Assembly: GCA_964016885.1 (NCBI GenBank)
Contig: OZ024744.1
Span: forward strand, 19,034,001-19,098,000
Direction: 5' to 3'
DNA from: Eledone cirrhosa
Lineage: Eukaryota
Length of the DNA: 64,000 nt
The position numbers and the translations under genes are program-made. Under the pieces are notes generated by a model. It had not been told where the DNA came from. It was given only the letters and a program-made list of their open reading frames with translations, and ran no database searches. Positions 14,370 to 29,300 of the stretch are shown here, piece by piece. The number at the start of each line of letters is the position of its first letter. Position 1 is the first letter of the stretch.

Positions 14370-17300
14370 TGTATCTTTGTGTATGTCTGTGACACTCTGT
14401 ATGTTACTGTGTGTTTCTGTATGTATGTATCACTGTGTATGTCACTGTGTGTTTCTGTATGTCTGTGTCACTGTGTAAGTCATTGTATATTTGTGTATGT
14501 ATGTGACACTCTGTATGTCAATGTGTGTTTCTGTATTATGTGTCTCTGTGTATGTCACAGTATCTTTGTGTATGTATGTGTCACTGTGTATGTCACTGTG
14601 TGTTTGTGTATGACTGTGTCACTGTGTATGTTACTGTGAGTTTATGTATGTCTGTGTCACGGTGTATGTCACTGTATATTTTTGTATGTCTGTGTCAGTG
14701 TGTATGTCACTAGGTGTTTCTGTATGTCTGTGTCACAGCGTATATCACTGTATCTTTATGTATGTCTGTGTCACTGTGTATGTCACTGTGAGTTTATGTA
14801 TGTATGTGTCACTGTGTATGTCACAGTGTGTTTCTGTATGTCTGTGTCACTGTGTATGTCACTGTATCTCTCTGTATGTCTGTGTCACTGTCTATGTCAC
14901 TGTATCTTTGTGTATGTCTGCGTCACTGTGTATGTCACTGTGTGTTTCTGTATGTCTGTGTCACTGTGTATGTCACTGTATCTTTGTGTATGTCTGTGTC
15001 ATTGTGTTTGTCACTGTGTGTTTCTGTATGTTTGTGTCACTGTGTATGTCACTGTGTGTTTCTGTATATCTGTGTCACTGTGTATGTCACTCTATCTTTG
15101 TGTATGTCTGTGTCACGGTGTATATCACTGTATGTTTGTGTATGTCTGTCTCACTCTAAATGTAACTGTATGTATGTGTCACAGTGTATGTCAATGTGTG
15201 TTTCTGTATCTCTGTGTCACGGTGTATGTCACTGTATGTTTGTGTATGTCTGTTTGACTGTGTATGTCACTGTATGTTACTGTATGTCTGTGTCACTGTG
15301 TATGTCACTGTGTGTTTCTGTATGTCTGTGTCACTGTGTATGTCACTGTATCTTTGTGTATGCCTGTGTCACTGTGTATGTCACTGTGTGTTTCTGTATG
15401 CCTGTGTCACTGTCTATGTCACTGTATGTTTCTGAATGTCTGTGTAACTGTGTATGTCACTGTATCTTTGTGTATGTCTGTGCCACTGTGTATGTCACTG
15501 TGTGTTTCTGTATGTGTGTGTCACTGTCTATGTCACTGTATGTTTCTGAATGTCTGTGTCACTGTGTATGTCACTGTGTGTTTCTGTATGTCTGTGTCAC
15601 TGTCTATGTCACTGTATGTTTCTGTATGTTTGTGTCACTGTGTATGTCACTAAATATTTGTGTGTGTCTGTGTCTCTGTGTATGTCACTGTGTGTTTGCG
15701 TGTGTCTGTGTCACTGTGTATGTCACTGTGTGTTTCTGTATGTCTGTGTCACTGTGTATGTCACTGTGTGTTTCTGTATGTATGTGTCACCGTGTATGTC
15801 ACTGTATCTTTGTGTATGCCTGTGTCACTGTGTATGTCACTGTGTGTTTCTGTATGTCTGTGTCACTGTGTATGTCACTGTGTGTTTCTGTATGTTTGTG
15901 TCACTGTGTATGTCACTAAATGTTTGTGTGTGTCTGTGTCTCTGTGTATGTCACTGTGTGTTTGCGTGTGTCTGTGTCACTGTGTATGTCACTGTGTGTT
16001 TCTGTATGTCTGTGTGACTGTGTATGTCACTGTGTGTTTGTGTATGTCTGTGTCACTGTGTGTGTTTCTGTATGTCTGTATCACTGTGTATGTCACTGTA
16101 TGTTTATGTATGTATGTGTCACTGTGTATGTCACTGTATCTTTGTGTATGTCTGTGTTACTCTGTATGTCACTGTCTGTTTCTATATGTCTGTGTCAATG
16201 TGTATGTCACTGTGTGTTTCTGTATGTCTGTCACTCTGTATGTCTCTGTATGTTTCTGTATGTCTGTTTCACTGTGTATGTCACTGTGTGTTTCTGTATG
16301 TCTGTGTCACTCTGTATGTCACTGTAATGTTTCTGAACGTTTGTGTCACTGTGTATGTCACTGTGTGTTTGCGTGTGTCTGTGTCACTGTGTATGTCACT
16401 GTGTGTTTCTGTATGTCTGTGTGACTGTGTATGTCACTCTGTGTTTGTGTATGTCTGTGTCACTGTGTGTGTTTCTGTATGTCTGTGTCACTGTGTATGT
16501 CATTGTATCTTTGTGTATGTATGTGTCACTGTGTATGTCAATGTATCTTTGTGTATGTCACTGTGTGTTTCTGTATATCTGTGTCTCTGTGTATGTTACT
16601 GTATCTTTGTGTATATCTGTGTCACTGTGTATGTCGCTGTATCTTTGTGTATGTCTGTGTCACGGTGTATATCACTGTATGTTTGTGTATGTCTGTGTCA
16701 CTCTATATGTCACTGTATGTATGTGTCACTGTGTATGTCAATGTGTGTTTCTGTATCTCTGTGTCACGGTGTATGTCACTGTATGTTTGTGTATGTCTGT
16801 TTGACTGTGTATGTCACTGTATGTTACTGTATGTCTGTGTCACTATGTATGTCACTGTGTGTTTCTGTATGTCAGTGTCACTGTGTATGTCACTGTATCT
16901 TTGTGTATGTCTGTGTCACTGTGTATGTCACTGTGTGTTTCTGTATGTCTGTGTCACTGCCTATGTCACTGTATGTTTCTGAATGTCTGTGTAACTGTGT
17001 ATATCACTGTGTGTTTCTGTATGTCTGTGTCACGGTGTATGTCACTGTATGTTTGTGTGTGTCTGTGTCACTGTGTGTGTTTTTGTATGTCTGTGTCACT
17101 GTGTATGTCATTGCATCTTTGTGTATGTCTGTGTCACTCTGTATGTCACGGTGTGTTTCTGCATGTCTGTGTCACTGTGTATATCACTGTGTGTTTCTGT
17201 ATGTCTGTGTCACTGTGTATGTCACTGTATATTTGTATTTGTCTGTGTCACTGTGTAAGTCATTGTATCTTTGTGTATGTCTGTGACACTCTGTATGTCA

Positions 17301-20300
17301 CTGTGTGTTTCTGTATGTATGTATCACTGTGTATGTCACTGTGTGTTTCTGTATGTCTGTGTCACTGTGTAAGTCATTGTATCTTTGTGTATGTCTGTGA
17401 CACTCTGTATGTCAATGTGTGTTTCTGTATTATGTGTCTCTGTGTATGTCACAGTATCTTTGTGTATGTATGTGTCACTGTGTATGTCACTGTGTGTTTG
17501 TGTATGACTGTGTCACTGTGTATGTTACTGTGAGTTTCTGTATGTCTGTGTCACGGTGTATGTCACTGTATATTTTTGTATGTCTGTGTCAGTGTGTATG
17601 TCACTAGGTGTTTCTGTATGTCTGTGTCACAGCGTATATCACTGTATCGTTATGTATGTCTGTGTCACTGTGTATGTCACTGTGAGTTTATGTATGTATG
17701 TGTCACTGTGTATGTCACAGTGTGTTTCTGTATATCTGTGTCACTGTGTATGTCACTGTATCTCTCTGTATGTCTGTGTCACTGTCTATGTCACTGTATC
17801 TTTGTGTATGTCTGCGTCACTGTGTATGTCACTGTGTGTTTCTGTATGTCTGTGTCACTCTGTATGTCACTGTATATTTCTGTATGTATGTGTCACTGTG
17901 TATGTCACTGTATGTTTCTGTATGTCTGTGTCACTGTGTATGTCACTGTGTGTTTCTGTATGGCTGTGTCACTGTGTATGTCACTGTATCATTGTGTATG
18001 TCTGTGTCACTGTGTATGTCACAGTGTGTTTCTGTATGTCTGTGTCACTGTCTATGTCACTGTATGTTTCTGAATGTCTGTGTCACTGTGTATGTCACTG
18101 TATGTCTGTGTATGTCTGTGTCATTGTATGTTTATGTATGTCTGCGTCACTGTGTATGTCACTGTGTGTTTCTGTATGTCTGTGTCACTGTGTATGACAT
18201 TGTATCTTTGTGTATGTCTGTGTCACTGTGTATGTCACTGTATGTTTCTGTATGTTTGTGTCACTGTGTATGTCAATGTGTGTTTCTGTATGTCTGTGTC
18301 TCTGTGTATGTCACTGTATGTTTCTGTATGTCTGTTTCACTGTGTATGTCACTGTGTCTTTATGTATGTCTGTGTAACTCTGTATGTCACTGTATATTTC
18401 TGTATGTCTGTGTCACTGTGTATGTCACTGTATGTTTCTGTATGTCTGTGACACTGTGTATGTCACTGTATGTTTCTGTATGTCTGTGTCACTGTGTATG
18501 TCACTGTATCTTTGTGTATGTCTGTGTCCCTGTGTATGTCACTGTATGTTTCTCTATGTTTGTGTCACTGTGTATGTCACTGTGTGTTTCTGTATGTCTG
18601 TGGCACTCTGTATGTCGTTGTGTTTTTCCGTATGTATGTGTCTCTGTGTATGTCACTGTATATTTGTGTATGTATGTGTCCCTGTGTATGTCACTGTGAG
18701 TTTCTCTATGTCTGTGTCACTGTGTATGTCACTGTATGTCTCTGTATGTCTGTGTCACTGTATCTTTGTGTATGTCTGTGTCACTGTGTATGTCACTGTG
18801 TATTTATGTATTTCTGTGTCTATGTGTATGCCACTGTATCTTTGTGTATGTCTGCGTCACTGTGTATGTCACTGTGTGTTTCTGCATGTCTGTGTCACTG
18901 TGTATGTCACAGTGTGTTTCTGTATATATGTGTCTCTGTGTATGTCACTGTATCTTTGTGTATGTCTGAGTCACTGTGTGTTTCTGTATGTCTGTGTCAC
19001 TGTGTATGTCACTGTATGTTTGTGTGTGTCTGTGTCACTGTATGTTTCTGTATGTCTGTGTCACTGTGTATGTCACTGTTTGTTTCTGTATGTATGTTTC
19101 ACTGTGTATGTCAGCGTATGTGTGTGTATGTCTGTGTCACGGTGTATGTCACTGTATCTTTGTGTATGCCTGTGTCACTGTGTATGTCACTGTGTGTTTA
19201 TGTATGTCTGTGTCACTGTGTATATCACTGTATGTTTGTGTGTGTCTGTGTCACTGTGTATGTCAATGTCTCTGTGTGTTTCTGTATGTCTGTGTCTCTG
19301 TGTATGTCACTGTATCTTTGTGTATGTATGTGTCACTGTGTATGTCACTGAGTGTTACTGTATGTCTGTGTCACTGTGTATATTACTGTGTGTTTCTGTA
19401 TATCTGTGTCTCTGTGTATGTCACTGCATCTTTGTGTATGTATGTGTCACTGTGTATGTCACTGTGTGTTTCTGTATGTCTGTGTCACTGTGTATATCAA
19501 TGTGTGTTTCTGTATCTCTGTGTCACGGTGTATGTCACTGCATGTTTGTGTATGTCTGTGCGACTGCGTATGTCACTGTGTGTTTCTGTATGGCTGTGTC
19601 ACTGTGTATGTCACTATATCTTTGTGTATGTCTGTGTCACTGTGTATGTCACAGTGTGTTTCTGTATGTCTGTGTGACTGTCTATGTCACTGTATGTTTC
19701 TGAATGTCTGTGTCACTGTGTATGTCACTGTGTGTTTCTGTATGTCTGTGTCACGGTGTATGTCACTGTATGTTTGTGTGTGTCTGTGTCACCGTGTATG
19801 TCACTGTGTGTTTGTGTATGTCTGTGTCACTGTATGTTTCTGTATGTCTGTGTTACTGTGTATGTCACTGTGTGTTTCTGTATGTCTGTGTCACTGTGTA
19901 TGTCATTGTATCTTTGTGTATGTCTGTGTCACTGTGTATGTCACTGTATGTTTTTGTATGTTTGTGTCACTGTGTATGTCACTGTGTGTTTCTGTATGTC
20001 TGTGTCTCTGTGTATGTCACTGTATGTTTCTGTATGTCTGTTTCACTGTGTATGTCACTGTGTCTTTATTTTATGTCTGTGTCACTCTGTATGTCACTGT
20101 ATATTTCTGTATGTCTGTGTCACTGTGTATGTCACTGTATGTTTCTGTATGTCTGTGTCACTGTGTATGTCAATGTATGTTTATGTATGTCTGTGTCACT
20201 GTGTATGTCACTGTATCTTTGTGTATGTCTGTGTCGCCGTGTATGTCACTGTATGTTTCTGTATATTTGTGTCACTGTGTATGTCACGGTGTGTTTCTGT

Positions 20301-23300
20301 ATGTCTGTGTCACTGTGTATGTCACTGTGTGTTTCTGTATGTTTGTGTCAATGTGTATGTCACAAAATGTTTGTGTGTGTCTGTGTCTCTGTGTATGTCA
20401 CTGTGTGTTTGCGTGTGTCTGTGTCACTGTGTATGTCATTGTATCTTTGTGTATGTCTGTGTCACTGTCTATGTCACTGCATGTTTCTGAATGTCTGTGT
20501 CACTGTGTATGTCACTGTGTGTTTCTGTATGTCTGTGTCACTGTGTATGTCACTGTATATTTGTGTATGTCTGTGTCACTGTGTAAGTCGTTGTATCTTT
20601 GTGTATGTCTGTGACACTCTGTATGTCACTGTGTGTTTCTGTATGTATGTATCACTGTGTATGTCACTGTGTGTTTCTGTATGTCTGTGTCACTGTGTAA
20701 GTCATTGCATCTTTGTGCATGTATGTGACACTCTGTATGTCAATGTGTGTTTCTGTATTATGTGTCTCTGTGTATGTCACTGTATCTTTGTGTATGTATG
20801 TGTCACTGTGTATGTCACTGTGTGCTTGTGTATGACTGTGTCACTGTGTATGTTACTGTGAGTTTCTGTATGTCTGTGTCACGGTGTATGTCACTGTATA
20901 TTTTTGTATGTCTGTGTCAGTGTGTATGTCACTAGGTGTTTCTGTATGTCTGTGTCACAGCGTATATCACTGTATCTTTATGTATGTCTGTGGCACTGTG
21001 TATGTCACTGTGAGTTTATGTATGTATGTGTCACTGTGTATGTCACAGTGTGTTTCTGTATGTCTATGTCACTGTTTCTTTGTGTATGTCTGCGTCACTG
21101 TGTATGTCACTGTGTGTTTCTGTATGTCGGTGTCTCTGTGTATGTCACTGTATCTTTGTGTATGTCTGTGTCACTGTGTATGTCACTGTGTGTTTCTGTA
21201 TGTCTGTGTCACTGTGTATGTAACTGTGTGTTTCTGTATGTCTGTGTCACTGTCTATGTCACTGTATGTTTCTGAATGTCTGTGTCACTGTGTATGTCAC
21301 TGTGTGTTTCTGTATGCCTGTGTCACGGTGTATGTCACTGTATGTTTGTGTGTGTCTATGTCACTGTGTATGTCAATGTGTGTTTCTGTATGTCTGTGTC
21401 ACCGTGTATGTCACTGTATCTTTGTGTATGCCTGTGTCACTGTGTATGTCACTGTGTGTTTCTGTATGTCTGTGTCACTGTGTATGTCACTGTGTGTTTC
21501 TGTATGACTGTGTCACTGTGTATGTCACTGTATCTTTGTGTATGTCTGTGCCACTGTGTATGTCACTGTGTGTTTCTGTATGTGTGTGTCACTGTCTATG
21601 TCACTGTATGTTTCTGAATGTCTGTGTCACTGTGTATGTCACTGTGTGTTTCTGTATGTCTGTGTCACTGTCTATGTCACTGTATGTTTCTGTATGTTTG
21701 TGTCACTGTGTATGTCACTAAATATTTGTGTGTGTCTGTGTCTCTGTGTATGTCACTGTGTGTTTGCGTGTGTCTGTGTCACTGTGTATGTCACTGTGTG
21801 TTTCTGTATGTCTGTGTCACTGTGTATGTCACTGTGTGTTTCTGTATGTATGTGTCACCGTGTATGTCACTGTATATTTGTGTATGCCTGTGTCACTGTG
21901 TATGTCACTGTGTGTTTCTGTATGTCTGTGTCACTGTGTATGTCACTGTGTGTTTCTGTATGTTTGTGTCACTGTGTATGTCACTAAATGTTTGTGTGTG
22001 TCTGTGTCTCTGTGTATGTCACTGTGTGTTTGCGTGTGTCTGTGTCACTGTGTGTGTCACTGTGTGTTTCTGTATGTCTGTGTCACTGTGTATGTCACTG
22101 TGTGTTTGTGTATGTCTGTGTCACTGTGTGTGTTTCTGTATGTCTGTATCACTGTGTATGTCACTGTATGTTTATGTATGTATGTGTCACTGTGTATGTC
22201 ACTGTATCTTTGTGTATGTCTGTGTTACTCTGTATGTCACTGTCTGTTTCTATATGTCTGTGTCAATGTGTATGTCACTGTGTGTTTCTGTATGTCTGTC
22301 ACTTTGTATGTCTCTGTATGTTTCTGTATGTCTGTTTCACTGTGTATGTCACTGTGTGTTTCTGTATGTCTGTGTGACTGTGTATGTCACTCTGTGTTTG
22401 TGTATGTCTGTGTCACTGTGTGTGTTTCTGTATGTCTGTGTCACTGTGTATGTCATTGTATCTTTGTGTATGTATGTGTCACTGTGTATGTCACTGTATC
22501 TTTGTGTATGTCTGTGTCATTGTGTATGTCACTGTGTGTTTCTGTATGTTTGTGTCACTGTGTATGTCACTGTGTGTTTCTGTATGGCTGTGTCACTGTG
22601 TATGTCACTGTATCATTGTGTATGTCTGTGTCACTGTGTATGTCACAGTGTGTTTCTGTATGTCTGTGTCACTGTCTATGTCACTGTATGTTTCTGAATG
22701 TCTGTGTCACTGTGTATGTCACTGTATGTCTGTGTATGTCTGTGTCATTGTATGTTTATGTATGTCTGCGTCACTGTGTATGTCACTGTGTGTTTCTGTA
22801 TGTCTGTGTCACTGTGTATGACATTGTATCTTTGTGTATGTCTGTGTCACTGTGTATGTCACTGTATGTTTCTGTATGTTTGTGTCACTGTGTATGTCAA
22901 TGTGTGTTTCTGTATGTCTGTGTCTCTGTGTATGTCACTGTATGTTTCTGTATGTCTGTTTCACTGTGTATGTCACTGTGTCTTTATGTATGTCTGTGTA
23001 ACTCTGTATGTCACTGTATATTTCTGTATGTCTGTGTCACTGTGTATGTCACTGTATGTTTCTGTATGTCTGTGACACTGTGTATGTCACTGTATGTTTC
23101 TGTATGTCTGTGTCACTGTGTATGTCACTGTATCTTTGTGTATGTCTGTGTCCCTGTGTATGTCACTGTATGTTTCTCTATGTTTGTGTCACTGTGTATG
23201 TCACTGTGTGTTTCTGTATGTCTGTGGCACTCTGTATGTCGTTGTGTTTTTCCGTATGTATGTGTCTCTGTGTATGTCACTGTATATTTGTGTATGTATG

Positions 23301-26300
23301 TGTCCCTGTGTATGTCACTGTGAGTTTCTCTATGTCTGTGTCACTGTGTATGTCACTGTATGTCTCTGTATGTCTGTGTCACTGTATCTTTGTGTATGTC
23401 TGTGTCACTGTGTATGTCACTGTGTATTTATGTATTTCTGTGTCTCTGTGTATGCCACTGTATCTTTGTGTATGTCTGCGTCACTGTGTATGTCACTGTG
23501 TGTTTCTGCATGTCTGTGTCACTGTGTATGTCACAGTGTGTTTCTGTATATATGTGTCTCTGTGTATGTCACTGTATCTTTGTGTATGTCTGAGTCACTG
23601 TGTGTTTCTGTATGTCTGTGTCACTGTGTATGTCACTGTATGTTTGTGTGTGTCTGTGTCACTGTGTATGTCACTGTGTGTTTGTGTATGTCTGTGTCAC
23701 TGTATGTTTCTGTATGTCTGTGTCACTGTGTATGTCACTGTTTGTTTCTGTATGTATGTTTCACTGTGTATGTCAGCGTATGTGTGTGTATGTCTGTGTC
23801 ACGGTGTATGTCACTGTATCTTTGTGTATGCCTGTGTCACTGTGTATGTCACTGTGTGTTTATGTATGTCTGTGTCACTGTGTATATCACTGTATGTTTG
23901 TGTGTGTCTGTGTCACTGTGTATGTCAATGTCTCTGTGTGTTTCTGTATGTCTGTGTCTCTGTGTATGTCACTGTATCTTTGTGTATGTATGTGTCACTG
24001 TGTATGTCACTGAGTGTTACTGTATGTCTGTGTCACTGTGTATATTACTGTGTGTTTCTGTATATCTGTGTCTCTGTGTATGTCACTGCATCTTTGTGTA
24101 TGTATGTGTCACTGTGTATGTCACTGTGTGTTTCTGTATGTCTGTGTCACTGTGTATATCAATGTGTGTTTCTGTATCTCTGTGTCACGGTGTATGTCAC
24201 TGCATGTTTGTGTATGTCTGTGCGACTGTGTATGTCACTGTGTGTTTCTGTATGGCTGTGTCACTGTGTATGTCACTATATCTTTGTGTATGTCTGTGTC
24301 ACTGTGTATGTCACAGTGTGTTTCTGTATGTCTGTGTGACTGTCTATGTCACTGTATGTTTCTGAATGTCTGTGTCACTGTGTATGTCACTGTGTGTTTC
24401 TGTATGTCTGTGTCACGGTGTATGTCACTGTATGTTTGTGTGTGTCTGTGTCACCGTGTATGTCACTGTGTGTTTGTGTATGTCTGTGTCACTGTATGTT
24501 TCTGTATGTCTGTGTTACTGTGTATGTCACTGTGTGTTTCTGTATGTCTGTGTCACTGTGTATGTCATTGTATCTTTGTGTATGTCTGTGTCACTGTGTA
24601 TGTCACTGTATGTTTTTGTATGTTTGTGTCACTGTGTATGTCACTGTGTGTTTCTGTATGTCTGTGTCTCTGTGTATGTCACTGTATGTTTCTGTATGTC
24701 TGTTTCACTGTGTATGTCACTGTGTCTTTATTTTATGTCTGTGTCACTCTGTATGTCACTGTATATTTCTGTATGTCTGTGTCACTGTGTATGTCACTGT
24801 ATGTTTCTGTATGTCTGTGTCACTGTGTATGTCAATGTATGTTTCTGTATGTCTGTGTCACTGTGTATGTCACTGTATCTTTGTGTATGTCTGTGTCGCC
24901 GTGTATGTCACTGTATGTTTCTGTATATTTGTGTCACTGTGTATGTCACGGTGTGTTTCTGTATGTCTGTGTCACTGTGTATGTCACTGTGTGTTTCTGT
25001 ATGTTTGTGTCAATGTGTATGTCACAAAATGTTTGTGTGTGTCTGTGTCTCTGTGTATGTCACTGTGTGTTTGCGTGTGTCTGTGTCACTGTGTATGTCA
25101 TTGTATCTTTGTGTATGTCTGTGTCACTGTCTATGTCACTGCATGTTTCTGAATGTCTGTGTCACTGTGTATGTCACTGTGTGTTTCTGTATGTCTGTGT
25201 CACTGTGTATGTCACTGTATATTTGTGTATGTCTGTGTCACTGTGTAAGTCGTTGTATCTTTGTGTATGTCTGTGACACTCTGTATGTCACTGTGTGTTT
25301 CTGTATGTATGTATCACTGTGTATGTCACTGTGTGTTTCTGTATGTCTGTGTCACTGTGTAAGTCATTGTATCTTTGTGCATGTATGTGACACTCTGTAT
25401 GTCAATGTGTGTTTCTGTATTATGTGTCTCTGTGTATGTCACTGTATCTTTGTGTATGTATGTGTCACTGTGTATGTCACTGTGTGCTTGTGTATGACTG
25501 TGTCACTGTGTATGTTACTGTGAGTTTCTGTATGTCTGTGTCACGGTGTATGTCACTGTATATTTTTGTATGTCTGTGTCAGTGTGTATGTCACTAGGTG
25601 TTTCTGTATGTCTGTGTCACAGCGTATATCACTGTATCTTTATGTATGTCTGTGGCACTGTGTATGTCACTGTGAGTTTATGTATGTATGTGTCACTGTG
25701 TATGTCACAGTGTGTTTCTGTATGTCTATGTCACTGTTTCTTTGTGTATGTCTGCGTCACTGTGTATGTCACTGTGTGTTTCTGTATGTCGGTGTCTCTG
25801 TGTATGTCACTGTATCTTTGTGTATGTCTGTGTCACTGTGTATGTCACTGTGTGTTTCTGTATGTCTGTGTCACTGTGTATGTAACTGTGTGTTTCTGTA
25901 TGTCTGTGTCACTGTCTATGTCACTGTATGTTTCTGAATGTCTGTGTCACTGTGTATGTCACTGTGTGTTTCTGTATGCCTGTGTCACGGTGTATGTCAC
26001 TGTATGTTTGTGTGTGTCTATGTCACTGTGTATGTCAATGTGTGTTTCTGTATGTCTGTGTCACCGTGTATGTCACTGTATCTTTGTGTATGCCTGTGTC
26101 ACTGTGTATGTCACTGTGTGTTTCTGTATGTCTGTGTCACTGTGTATGTCACTGTGTGTTTCTGTATGACTGTGTCACTGTGTATGTCACTGTATCTTTG
26201 TGTATGTCTGTGCCACTGTGTATGTCACTGTGTGTTTCTGTATGTGTGTGTCACTGTCTATGTCACTGTATGTTTCTGAATGTCTGTGTCACTGTGTATG

Positions 26301-29300
26301 TCACTGTGTGTTTCTGTATGTCTGTGTCACTGTCTATGTCACTGTATGTTTCTGTATGTTTGTGTCACTGTGTATGTCACTAAATATTTGTGTGTGTCTG
26401 TGTCTCTGTGTATGTCACTGTGTGTTTGCGTGTGTCTGTGTCACTGTGTATGTCACTGTGTGTTTCTGTATGTCTGTGTCACTGTGTATGTCACTGTGTG
26501 TTTCTGTATGTATGTGTCACCGTGTATGTCACTGTATATTTGTGTATGCCTGTGTCACTGTGTATGTCACTGTGTGTTTCTGTATGTCTGTGTCACTGTG
26601 TATGTCACTGTGTGTTTCTGTATGTTTGTGTCACTGTGTATGTCACTAAATGTTTGTGTGTGTCTGTGTCTCTGTGTATGTCACTGTGTGTTTGCGTGTG
26701 TCTGTGTCACTGTGTGTGTCACTGTGTGTTTCTGTATGTCTGTGTCACTGTGTATGTCACTGTGTGTTTGTGTATGTCTGTGTCACTGTGTGTGTTTCTG
26801 TATGTCTGTATCACTGTGTATGTCACTGTATGTTTATGTATGTATGTGTCACTGTGTATGTCACTGTATCTTTGTGTATGTCTGTGTTACTCTGTATGTC
26901 ACTGTCTGTTTCTATATGTCTGTGTCAATGTGTATGTCACTGTGTGTTTCTGTATGTCTGTCACTTTGTATGTCTCTGTATGTTTCTGTATGTCTGTTTC
27001 ACTGTGTATGTCACTGTGTGTTTCTGTATGTCTGTGTGACTGTGTATGTCACTCTGTGTTTGTGTATGTCTGTGTCACTGTGTGTGTTTCTGTATGTCTG
27101 TGTCACTGTGTATGTCATTGTATCTTTGTGTATGTATGTGTCACTGTGTATGTCACTGTATCTTTGTGTATGTCTGTGTCATTGTGTATGTCACTGTGTG
27201 TTTCTGTATGTTTGTGTCACTGTGTATGTCACTGTGTGTTTCTGTATATCTGTGTCTCTGTGTATGTTACTGTATCTTTGTGTATATCTGTGTCACTGTG
27301 TATGTCGCTGTATCTTTGTGTACGTCTGTGTCACGGTGTATATCACTGTATGTTTGTGTATGTCTGTGTCACTCTATATGTCACTGTATGTATGTGTCAC
27401 TGTGTATGTCAATGTGTGTTTCTGTATCTCTGTGTCACGGTGTATGTCACTGTATGTTTGTGTATGTCTGTTTGACTGTGTATGTCACTGTATGTTACTG
27501 TATGTCTGTGTCACTGTGTATGTCACTGTGTGTTTCTGTATGTCAGTGTCACTGTGTATGTCACTGTATCTTTGTGTATGTCTGTGTCACTGTGTATGTC
27601 ACTGTGTGTTTCTGTATGTCTGTGTCACTGTCTATGTCACTGTATGTTTCTGAATGTCTGTGTAACTGTGTATATCACTGTGTGTTTCTGTATGTCTGTG
27701 TCACGATGTATGTCACTGTATGTTTGTGTGTGTCTGTGTCACTGTGTGTGTTTTTGTATGTCTGTGTCACTGTGTAAGTCATTGTATCTTTGTGTATGTC
27801 TGTGACACTCTGTATGTCACTGTGTGTTTCTGTATGTATGTATCACTGTGTATGTCACTGTGTGTTTCTGTATGTCTGTGTCACTGTGTAAGTCATTGTA
27901 TCTTTGTGTATGTATGTGACACTCTGTATGTCAATGTGTGTTTCTGTATTATGTGTCTCTGTGTATGTCACAGTATCTTTGTGTATGTATGTGTCACTGT
28001 GTATGTCACTGTGTGTTTGTGTATGACTGTGTCACTGTGTATGTTACTGTGAGTTTCTGTATGTCTGTGTCACGGTGTATGTCACTGTATATTTTTGTAT
28101 GTCTGTGTCAGTGTGTATGTCACTAGGTGTTTCTGTATGTCTGTGTCACAGCGTATATCACTGTATCTTTATGTATGTCTGTGTCACTATGTATGTCACT
28201 GTGAGTTTATGTATGTATGTGTCACTGTGTATGTCACAGTGTGTTTCTGTATGTCTGTGTCACTGTGTATGTCACTGTATCTCTCTGTATGTCTGTGTCA
28301 CTGTCTATGTCACTGTATCTTTGTGTATGTCTGCGTCACTGTGTATGTCACTGGGTGTTTCTGTATGTCTGTGTCTCTGTGTATGTCACTGTATCTTTGT
28401 GTATGTCTGTGTCACTGTGTATGTCACTGTGTGTTTCTGTATGTCTGTGTGACTGTGTATGTCACTGTGTGTTTCTGTATGTCTGTGTCACTGTGTATGT
28501 CACTGTGTGTTTCTGTATGTCTGTGTCACTGTGTATGTCACTGTATCTTTGTGTATGTCTGTGTCATTGTGTTTGTCACTGTGTGTTTCTGTATGTTTGT
28601 GTCACTGTGTATGTCACTGTGTGTTTCTGTATATCTGTGTCACTGTGTATGTCACTCTATCTTTGTGTATGTCTGTGTCACGGTGTATATCACTGTATGT
28701 TTGTGTATGTCTGTGTCACTCTATATGTAACTGTATGTATGTGTCACAGTGTATGTCAATGTGTGTTTCTGTATCTCTGTGTCACGGTGTATGTCACTGT
28801 ATGTTTGTGTATGTCTGTTTGACTGTGTATGTCACTGTATGTTACTGTATGTCTGTGTCACTGTGTATGTCACTGTGTGTTTCTGTATGTCTGTGTCACT
28901 GTGTATGTCACTGTATCTTTGTGTATGCCTGTGTCACTGTGTATGTCACTGTGTGTTTCTCTATGCCTGTGTCACTGTCTATGTCACTGTATGTTTCTGA
29001 ATGTCTGTGTAACTGTGTATGTCACTGTATCTTTGTGTATGTCTGTGCCACTGTGTATGTCACTGTGTGTTTCTGTATGTGTGTGTCACTGTCTATGTCA
29101 CTGTATGTTTCTGAATGTCTGTGTCACTGTGTATGTCACTGTGTGTTTCTGTATGTCTGTGTCACTGTCTATGTCACTGTATGTTTCTGTATGTTTGTGT
29201 CACTGTGTATGTCACTAAATATTTGTGTGTGTCTGTGTCTCTGTGTATGTCACTGTGTGTTTGCGTGTGTCTGTGTCACTGTGTATGTCACTGTGTGTTT

